Source of the DNA: Balanoglossus misakiensis
Lineage: Eukaryota; Animalia; Hemichordata
Assembly: GCA_040954595.2 (NCBI GenBank)
Contig: CM082588.2
Coordinates: 5,148,156 to 5,212,155 of the forward strand
Reading direction: 5' to 3'
DNA: 64,000 nt
Below the pieces are notes generated by a model. The model worked only from the letters and a program-made list of their open reading frames with translations, was not told where the DNA came from and ran no database searches. Shown here piece after piece: positions 28,846-37,200 of this stretch. A program made the translations under genes and the position numbers. The first letter of the stretch is position 1; each line of letters opens with the position of its first letter.

Positions 28846-28917
28846 GTACACCATGGCAACCAACCAACTGAAAGTCATACTCATTGTGACTTTCAGTCTT
28901 AGTGTTTCCATGGCAAC
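28846..28917. promoter_or_regulatory. Paired RFX X-boxes at the start of CEP97 intron 2
   Basis: GTTTCCATGGCAAC (28904-28917, consensus) and GTACACCATGGCAAC (28846-28860, degenerate), ~1.5 kb from the CEP97 start codon. Confidence 0.5.
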
Positions 28918-28937
28918 ATACAAGAAATAGTACTGAC

Positions 28938-29101
28938 CTGCTGAAGGCTTTCATAGCATTCCAAATTTTCTATCTTGGAGACGGAATTTTTGTCTAGGAT
29001 GAGTGTTGTACACTGCTGTTCACTGCTTGTTGACTGCGATCTCTCGATTTTCCGGAGTCCCCGCGATGAAAGATCTTTCACCACCATATTGGACCTGTTT
29101 T
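28938..29101 (-). CDS. CEP97: CEP97 coding exon 2 (164 nt)
   Basis: cttttgcag|AA AAC...CAG CAG|gtcagt; phase 1-0; encodes (E)NRSNMVVKDLSSRGLRKIERSQSTSSEQQCTTLILDKNSVSKIENLECYESLQQ with the TLILDKN motif. Confidence 0.92.
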
Positions 29102-30334
29102 CTGCAAAAGTCGAAGGAACTTAGTTAAGAGCGTCCTTATCCATAAAACTTTCTTGGCAGAGAAGACAAACCATGTTGTACTTTTACAACCCAGTCGTAA
29201 TTATAAAGGCGTGACCTGACACTATATAATGAGTGTCCTTTCATTAAATTCTTATAACATCATTTAACGAGCACGTACAACCGAAGACATCTCTCATCAT
29301 TCTGTCTTGGATCCTCATCTTTTCTGCGTGTATAACAATACCAACAACATAACAACTGAAGCATCCACATAATCTCACCTAGGGTTTCATCCAGGCCTCA
29401 GACTTGGGACAAACAAGTTGCAACACACACATATATAGCTTACCGGCTGTCTGTCTTAACTTGAAGCTGCCTACAGTCTAGTGCGGCTACACCTACAGTT
29501 CAATTCTGAATCTAGTTTAGCCTGGGAGCACAACCACCTACATCCTTAGTCATTGCGCAGTTCTGAATCTTCCTAAAAGTTCAGCCTGTTTGTGACACAG
29601 TGCGAACGAGCTTTGTTAGCCCACCACAAAAGGGAACAACTCACAACACGTTCCACAAAACCGACGTATTGTCCCGCGTGCTGCCGTTTGACGATATCAG
29701 GGACGAGGGTCGGACAGCTCAGATAAGCAACGAACACCAGGGACGTAAACAAAACAACAACAACAACAAGAAGCAGACGACACTGAACCGACGACAAGAT
29801 GCACCAGGGCAAACGCAGATTTGGTTAAAACATACACCGAATGAGATACGTGGTACGCGCCTATTTAGCAGTTTATTACGACTAACTGAAGCGATGATTA
29901 CATGGCGCAGTGCCAACGTTACAAAAACACACCACGTCTAGCTTTTGGTGTTTGGCAAAGGGCCAACAACGTGTTACTCACTCCGATCGGTTGATTCACA
30001 AACGCTAGTTGCCACAACAGATGAACAACGCAACACTAAAAATAAGTGAGACGTAAGCCAAGCTACCCCAGATCACACAGATCTTTCGCAATGCCCCAGA
30101 AACTGCTGAAATATGACCAGGCACAGTGCACAGACACACGTTACACTATGTTGTGCCATGTCTGGACTCGCCCCATAGGCGGAGACGTACATGAACAAAT
30201 GAAATATATTTTCAGCAATTAAGATCGCCTTCGACTTTTCGGCGATCAAACACTGCGTAGGTCTTAAACATTTGTTAAACAGTGCATATGCGAAGTTTAA
30301 CATTTGAAAACACACGAAAAAGGTGTTAACTTAC

Positions 30335-30380
30335 CTTTCTCCGCAGGTGACCGCAAGCGTCCCGTTGCGAAGTCAGCCAT
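30335..30380 (-). CDS. CEP97: CEP97 coding exon 1 (46 nt)
   Basis: caagATGGct start, MADFATGRLRSPAEK+G, consensus donor AAG|gtaagt; phase 1 joins exon 2 in frame. Confidence 0.85.
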
Positions 30381-30489
30381 CTTGCTTGGCGATATTTTGA
30401 AATCCCTCCCGCCGAATCAGCTTCCGGGGTCATTCGCAAAGGCGTTCGGGAAATTGCGGCCTTTTACACGAGAGCAGCCATCTTGAATC
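30381..30489. promoter_or_regulatory. Compact bidirectional promoter shared by CEP97 and RPL24
   Basis: 109 bp between divergent ATGs, CpG-rich. Contains TTGGCG-N4-TTTGAA (CDE/CHR-like, 30386-30401), an E2F-like CTCCCGCC, ETS/GABP CTTCCGG (30421-30427) and a pyrimidine CCTTTT (30460-30465; TCT/TOP-like start for RPL24). YY1-type CAGCCATCTTG occurs at 30374-30384 and 30475-30485. Confidence 0.8.
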
Positions 30490-30494
30490 ATGAA
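30490..30494 (+). CDS. RPL24: 60S ribosomal protein L24 (eL24), coding exon 1 (ATGAA)
   Basis: atcATGAA|gtaaga; the 5-nt coding part completes the Lys codon with the first base of exon 2. Confidence 0.92.
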
Positions 30495-30621
30495 GTAAGA
30501 ATGTTTTTAAATTACATCGTCGATCATCACCTTTAAATTTCCTTTAATTATGTATTGAAGTAGAAATTAAAAGTCTCAGAATATTAAAGTTTCAACTGAT
30601 GTCGTTATTTTGAATTTTCAG

Positions 30622-30697
30622 GATCGAGCTGTGCAGTTTTAGCGGGTATAAAATATACCCAGGTCACGGAAAGCGCTATGCCAGGACCGATGGCAAG
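30622..30697 (+). CDS. RPL24: 60S ribosomal protein L24, coding exon 2
   Basis: ttttcag|G ATC GAG CTG TGC...GGC AAG|gtatgt; encodes (K)[25 protein letters not shown], the eL24 signature. Confidence 0.98.
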
Positions 30698-31339
30698 GTA
30701 TGTTGAGAGCTGGGAATGTCTGTTTTTACTCGCTAACACCTCAACTATCAATTCCTGTCTATTCTGATTACCAAAAAAGTTCATTCCCAAATCTAAATTA
30801 CCCCGATCCTTGGTCTGTACACGGGGAAAACAGCTTTTTATAACCCGGTTATCGGCGACGTTGATGGCGCTGGTTGATACGCTGTCCATTTCATAGCACA
30901 AGTTAGTGACAATATTTCCGTCGACGAGTTATCATATCATTTCTTCAGTAAAAGTATGCATGGGGGCAAAATTAAAACTACCTGCCCTCGTATAAGAAAT
31001 AATATCAGTTTAGAAGGACAAACTGTTTGCTTGGATCAAATGTGTTGAGTAGTATTGATGTGTAATGAAAAGGTGTGAATGGTAATGTTATGTCAATCAC
31101 TGCCTGTTATAGACTTCTGAGAAATCGAAACTGAAGTGTTGAAGATGTTATGTTGTCCTTAGGGAGGGAGAGGGGGTATTTGTCATGTTTGAACACATAG
31201 TAGATGAAGACAGTGATGACGTCGTAGCCAACCAACACGATAAATTGAATTTTGATGTGATGAAACAAACTTTGAATGGTGAAACGGCTGTCCACGATAG
31301 AAACTGGCACTGTAGAGATTCTGTTGTTTTCTCTTGTAG

Positions 31340-31587
31340 CTGTTCTACTTCATCAGCGCCAAGACCGAGGCATCTTTCAAGATGCGGCGCAACCCACGTA
31401 GGATAAACTGGACTGTGCTGTACCGTCGCAAGCACAAGAAGGGCACACAGGAGGAGGTGCAGAAGAAGAGGACAAGACGTACCGCCAAGTATCAGAGGGC
31501 CATCACAGGTGCATCCATGAGCGAAATCTTGGCCAAGAGGAATCAGAAACCGGAAGTGCGTAAAGCTCAGAGAGAACAGGCTATCAG
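31340..31587 (+). CDS. RPL24: 60S ribosomal protein L24, coding exon 3
   Basis: ctcttgtag|CTG...ATC AG|gtatgc; encodes [82 protein letters not shown](R). Confidence 0.98.
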
Positions 31588-31953
31588 GTATGCACTGCCA
31601 CAGATTCATCATCTTTTCATTTCATTCACTGTATGGGCTCAAATGATCAAGTGATTAAATCCACTGGCTCAAGTGATATATTTATAGGATTGGGTTTTCG
31701 TCTGACTGGCCTGGCCTCGTCATTGATCGGTAGGGGATAACTGAAACGCCTTTGAAAGATGATGTAAATAACCACCATCACGAACATTCACATTGACATG
31801 AACTAAAGTCACTTAACCATAGAATCAAAATATTTATAAAATACGAGTAATATGTACGGTAATCTCAATGTGGTTCATAGACAAAACTCCCAGTCTTGGT
31901 AAATTGACCGACTGCATAGATAACACTGTAACTGTGTTCGTTTTTATTACCAG

Positions 31954-32017
31954 GTCTGCAAAGGAAAAGAACCGAGCTAAGCAGGCTGCAAAGAAAGCAT
32001 CACAAATGACAGCCAAG
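31954..32017 (+). CDS. RPL24: 60S ribosomal protein L24, coding exon 4
   Basis: ttattaccag|G TCT GCA...GCC AAG|gttagt; encodes (R)SAKEKNRAKQAAKKASQMTAK. Confidence 0.96.
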
Positions 32018-32111
32018 GTTAGTGTTAACGTACTAAAACCCTTTCACTTCAGTGGCAAATTTTGCCCCAAGACTGTTAATTTACTGACTTTTTGATCTGA
32101 TTCGTCCACAG

Positions 32112-32192
32112 GCCGCATCCAAACCAGCACAGAAACAGAAGGTGCCCAAAACAGTGAAGTCCGCCTCAGTGCGTGTGGGTGGCAAGCGTTAA
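32112..32192 (+). CDS. RPL24: 60S ribosomal protein L24, coding exon 5 with stop
   Basis: ttcgtccacag|GCC GCA...AAG CGT TAA; encodes AASKPAQKQKVPKTVKSASVRVGGKR*, the typical eL24 C-terminus. Confidence 0.97.
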   Translation, partial: AASKPAQKQKVPKTVKSASVRVGGKR

Positions 32193-32258
32193 AAGAACAT
32201 CGAGATTGAGCGGAAATCAATGTCATGTCATCTTTGTATTATATATTATTTTACATCA

Positions 32259-32264
32259 AGTAAA
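32259..32264 (+). terminator. Probable RPL24 polyadenylation signal (variant AGTAAA)
   Basis: No AATAAA close to the stop codon. AGTAAA lies 66 nt after TAA, with TGTA and a T-rich tract upstream and a GT/T-rich tract at ~32291-32330. Confidence 0.55.
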
Positions 32265-33570
32265 GGGATGCACCAAACCTCATGAAATACTTTGTGTGTA
32301 TGCGTGTGTTTATTGTTGTCACCTTTGTTTGTAGCACCTGACTACAGTGACCAAGGAAGCCCCTTCACTGTGGCCAGGTTAGCAAAAGGTCAATGCGAAA
32401 TTTCCCTATATCAACTTCAAGGGAATCAATTTTAGGAACACCTATGATCCTCTCGTATCACTCAGAGAATTGAACCATATTTGAAAATGCCAATAGTTCA
32501 GTAGGGACCTGTAGAGCAATTGTTGGAGCAGGTGTGGCAAAGATGTATGCAAATTTGCCAGTTCATGTTGAGGAAATTTCGTATGAATGAAGAAAGAATT
32601 CTTGACACAGGTGGTAACGAAGCTCCTTTGCAAATGCACCAATCATATTCTCGAAGTCATTTTAATATATGGACGTAGGTGGCGCTGAAGCATTCAACCA
32701 GTATACTGTGACGTCACTGAAACTAGCTGATATCTTCAGGAAACAAATCGTTACACAAGTCACCGAACTTTTAAATTCTTTCATTGAAGCATGATTTTCC
32801 CTCTATATTTTCATGATCGTGTGAAAATAATGTGAACGTAATAATATATACTGACCCTTTCGCCATTCACCAACATTCTCTAGAGAACGTCTATAGTATG
32901 GTTGCCATGGCGCAGCAGCCCTGATAGTTTTTTTAAGAACAAGCTTTGAGAATGGAAATTGAAATGAAAATTAAATTTGCTCCGTGTTTTTGTTTGACGC
33001 ATATGTCCCCCAAGGCATGAACACGATAGCATTGAAACAATCTGTACTGCTAAAAGGAATATTACAAAGAATGTATGAATTAATTTTTGCAAAGGAAAAT
33101 AAGTGAATAGCGTAACAGCAGGGGGTTTACACTTGGCGTATAATACTGTAATACAAGTATTTACAATTGCGGTTGGTCCTTGTGTATTCGGTGCTCATTT
33201 GCATGAGCTAGCAAAATAAAATATCAATTTGTCTTTCGAGCATACGACTTCGCGGTGACGAGGATATAAGCATTGAATTTGGCTTCTTGTGTTGATGTTA
33301 CTGCGGGATATACTGGTATTACTTTATCATGCGAGATAAAACACACAGCCAACGGGAGAAACGAAGATCCTGATTTGCGCATTTGGCTTGGGTTATTATT
33401 GTGTGTTATTTTAATAATGAAACATATTGGCCCGAGGAAATAGCCACTACTAGTTCGTCCGTGTTCTGGTTGTGTGAGGTGACCTGCATTGGACGTCATT
33501 CCGCTGAAAACCACCAGCGCATTTTGGTCCGGAAACCAGTCGAGTCCAGTTCAAATTTCACCGAAGGGAC

Positions 33571-33634
33571 GCATCTGTTGAAATGAACACGGACGCGTGT
33601 GCGCATCTCTTGAAATGAACACGGACGCGTGCGC
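33571..33634. repeat. 32-bp tandem duplication upstream of the TNFR-like exon
   Basis: GCATCTGTTGAAATGAACACGGACGCGTGTGC followed by GCATCTCTTGAAATGAACACGGACGCGTGCGC (30/32 identical). Confidence 0.9.
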
Positions 33635-33974
33635 GTAGAAAACTCTCGCCCAGTAGTTCATATTGCTGCCGGGATGTACACAGTTTATTGACACCATCAT
33701 TCAGGCATCATCAGTCAGACCCGAGCGGCGTGCTTCTGTCATCACAGCCAGGCCGCGTGGCGTGCTGTTTTTTTTTTCTATTGATATTCATTAATTTATG
33801 TCAAATTTAATAACTGAAGAGTATAGTACATGTATACGACGGTGATACGACGCTTATGGTACACTCCAGCGTTGATGAACGCGAAGTCAAATGCGCGCAG
33901 ACTTCAGTTGAAGCAGCTTTAGCCCGGCAAAACGGCACTTACTTTAATACTTCAGCGAATCGTTCACCGCGGAA

Positions 33975-34215
33975 ATGGGGCTAGGGCTGTTAGCGGTGTG
34001 TTTGGGGATGGCCGTCGTGGATCCGAAGACGTTCGCGTCTGTTCCGGAGCAAGTTGCCGGCGCCTGCCCGACAGGCGAGGTGTACGACCGCTACCTGCAC
34101 AACTGCGTCAGCTGTGAGGTGTGCGAAGAGTTTCCGGCAACCCCGATATGCAGGAACTGTTCAAGTGCGACGCAGCAAGAGGAACAGCACGTATACTCCA
34201 GGCCAATTCACGAAG
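33975..34215 (+). CDS. First coding exon of a TNF-receptor-like protein (signal peptide + single Fn14/TNFRSF12A-type cysteine-rich domain); downstream exons not located
   Basis: gaaATGG start with an in-frame TAA upstream (33945); hydrophobic N-terminus MGLGLLAVCLGMAVV...TFA; CPTGEVYDRYLHNCVSCEVCEEFPATPICRNC (C-x12-C-x2-C-x2-C-x8-C-x2-C); GC-rich coding-like composition; consensus phase-1 donor AAG|gtaaga. Confidence 0.75.
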
Positions 34216-37200
34216 GTAAGAACGTATAGCCATCAATAAGCCTACACATTGCTTTACCAGTTCGCGCATCGATGTCTAATCACGCAACAGACCCATTGCG
34301 TAAAAACACGCGCCTTTGTGTAGTTATGGTAACATTGATTGAGTGGTGCTCACGATTTCATTACGTGTTTGTCAAACAGACAAATTGCCCGTTTTGCAGT
34401 TCGATAATCTCTAGTGATGAAAATATGTCCTTGACTCAGCACAGCAGGAGAAATATGATGAGGCATAACGCTGTATTTTGCGTAAATCCCTCATTGTGCA
34501 TTCGCCATAAATTCTATCCACCATTATCCGCCATGTATTATGTATGCACAGCAAGATAAAAGATGTTTGATATAAATAATATTGCTTTTCTGATTTCTCT
34601 ATCGCTGCCTTTTGATTTCTGTAAAATGAAACGTTTCAGCTGTGTGCTTGTTCAAATACATTCAATAGCGTGACAATACCACGTGGGATTTACAACCACG
34701 TCAATACACAGTCATGTTCGAAGCATACATGTATCTTTCTCATTTTTGGAGAGAGAGGGGTGACCATTTCATTTATCCATTTCGCCAATTTGTCAGTTAC
34801 TGTTTACTAGCTATAGTATCCATCCATGGAGACTTGCGCTTTCACACAATTTCGGATAAATAGAGAGAACTTGGGATGAGAATGTTAAGAATGTGGAAAT
34901 CGCATTATATATATTCCGGCTATCTGATAAAAGATGTTTAGTCTCTGAGAAAAGCGAAGTATATGCGTTTCTAGTTTTCGTAGAAGACGTGGGTTTTTTT
35001 TGTTTCTCATGGTGATTATTTTCATCCATACTAGTACACTGTTTCTTCAGCCTAGTGTTCATGATTCCGTTCTGGTATATTCGTACCACACGAATCCTTG
35101 TGATTTCTCAGTTCAGCTCAATGGGTCAAGTAAGTGCACAGATTGTGCGGAGTGTTGTACGACAGGATACTCTAGGTTTGAAAAATGACAGCCATCTGGG
35201 TAGTTTGAACTGAATGAATCGAAGCTTGTTGGGCCAATATATGCGTGAGTACTTTGACCCGACCAGCCCGGGTCAGCTCAAGAAAATAGCAATGTGTATA
35301 TACATAGTTGCTCCAAATCCTTTCTCCAAAGTCTCTACAACCAGCCCATTTCCCACCATATGGTTTCACAACCCTCTTTGTCGCTTGAAAGCGCAATAAC
35401 CCCGGATTGAACTCAACTGCCATTAGCGGAATCGCGATAAAAGATCCCCAATGCGTCGACACAATGTGCTGTGGATCTCTGGATTTGAATTCGTGCTTCT
35501 GATTATGCAAATCCAGAAGCAGCTGCCACGCCTTTGACAAAAACCGCCGACAGGAGAATCACATGGCACCCATATCCAGTATTTTTCTGCAATATAAGAA
35601 CGCTGTATCGGACGATGCTCAACTACATGTAATACCCTTGATTAAAAAAAATCAAATATGCAGTTTCGTGATATTTAATAAAGATACAAAACTACATGCT
35701 ATATACAACAGCTAGTCACCATCTGAATATACCCCCGTTAACTGTGAGATCAAGCAGTCACAAAATTTCGCGAAAAAAGACATTAACAGAAACCTAATAA
35801 TCAAAATGTCGATTTAACGACTGTGACACAATGTTCCGAGCCGATAAATTTCTTTAGATTAACCAATGATACCGAATTTAGCCTCTTATTCGTGTGGTGC
35901 ATTAAAGTCAAACAATACACGAACGTCATGGCGACCACGGTGAAATACAATTTAATTAATATACATTCTATCGGCCTTTGTGTTATATCCGTTGCCATGG
36001 ATATGTATTTATGATGGTGAGATAATCATTTTGTCGTTCAAAATTAAATGTGGATAAAAAGAGAACGTAAATTAAATTGCCGAAAAGTTGAATGTCTATA
36101 TAGTGTCCGCTTGTAACCTTTACACGTGTAATATGTGTATTCGGCTATATTTAATCATGTGATGGGTCTTTATGAAAACAAAGAAGAAAATAGAGTGTTC
36201 ACGGTAATGTTTTCATAAAAATCATTTCTTTCATTTTTCTCGATTGAGTTATCACAGAGATGGCAGTTATTTTGAATTTCATATATGAGGCAATTTCGTT
36301 CATTGAACGTGAAAGGCCTAGATATACCCCAGAATGTCAGACATGTTATTAACCCACAGGACGGACAAAATTGGTCCAATCAAGAAACCTTGTGGGCACA
36401 CCTGGCGTGACACAGCATGGTAATGACATTCTGCCATTGATGACCACCAGCTGTGTTGTATTCTTTAGGCATGGACTCAATGCATACCCGGCCAATGCCG
36501 TGTGACTTCAACTTGTGTAAAAGTCAACTTGAAGTGTGTGACATAGTTCTGGTGTCAGGGGGCTTTACTGAAAGCGACGTAAACACTATACTCAACTAGC
36601 AATTTGTTCAGGAGTGCGTCAGTGATACAATCTACATAGCATTCTGAATCGGTCTGAGTGGAAAGACCTTTTACAAATCGATTCTGAATATCAGATATGT
36701 GTTCCCGTACAGGGGAAAGGTTGCCAATTTTGCAAAGGCCAAAAAGGCGCATGCGTCGAGCAGCATCTCCAAAACGACATTATATCATTGATGCCAATCG
36801 TAAAATTCATCAATTGCAGGCGACTCAAAGTGATATGATCGCCAGTTTCCTGTGTTTTGAAAATGAAACCAGATACTCGCCCCAATATAGTTCTTAACTG
36901 AAAACCTGAATCACAAAAAATTCACATAAAATGCCTTCGATCTTGTGACAATAAAACTCCCGCATACCATGTATTAAATGAAAGCAGCTCCTTTGAAATG
37001 GCGAAATGACTTGAGTTTTGCAACCACGTGAAATTTAACAGTAATAACAATACAAATAATAATATTAGTATTTCATTCATGACTCCGAAAAGTTTCTTTT
37101 TATACAAATATTAAGTGTTATCATAATCTCAATAATGGACACATAACATTAATTGAAAGGGACTCTTTCCATTCAATTATTATGTTATGCGGGGTTTTTA

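Larger units (their letters stand above)
6088..30380 (-). other. CEP97: CEP97 gene span (coding exons 1-5; 3' part lies beyond the left edge of the window)
   Basis: join(complement 30335-30380, 28938-29101, 18602-18760, 7961-8062, 6088-6201) gives one open frame: MADFATGRLRSPAEKENRSNMVVKDLSSRGLRK...[148 protein letters not shown]. This is the N-terminal LRR region of centrosomal protein 97 kDa. All junctions are GT-AG. Confidence 0.93.
30490..32192 (+). other. RPL24: RPL24 gene span (complete, 5 coding exons, 474 nt, 157 aa)
   Basis: join(30490-30494, 30622-30697, 31340-31587, 31954-32017, 32112-32192) = [62 protein letters not shown]...KSASVRVGGKR*. All introns are GT-AG. Confidence 0.98.

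Noticed and set aside
29094-29101. Second AG acceptor 7 nt inside CEP97 exon 2
   Set aside because: It shifts the frame and meets TGA within five codons; the upstream TTTTGCAG gives the conserved frame.
31148-31612. 154-aa minus-strand ORF
   Set aside because: Antisense shadow of RPL24 exon 3.
30698-31953. Possible intronic snoRNAs in RPL24 (GTGATGA near 31213 and 31256; hairpin plus ACA near 31890-31926)
   Set aside because: No properly placed CTGA D box with a terminal stem, ACA spacing does not fit H/ACA geometry, and I recognise no rRNA-complementary guide. snoscan/snoReport would settle it.
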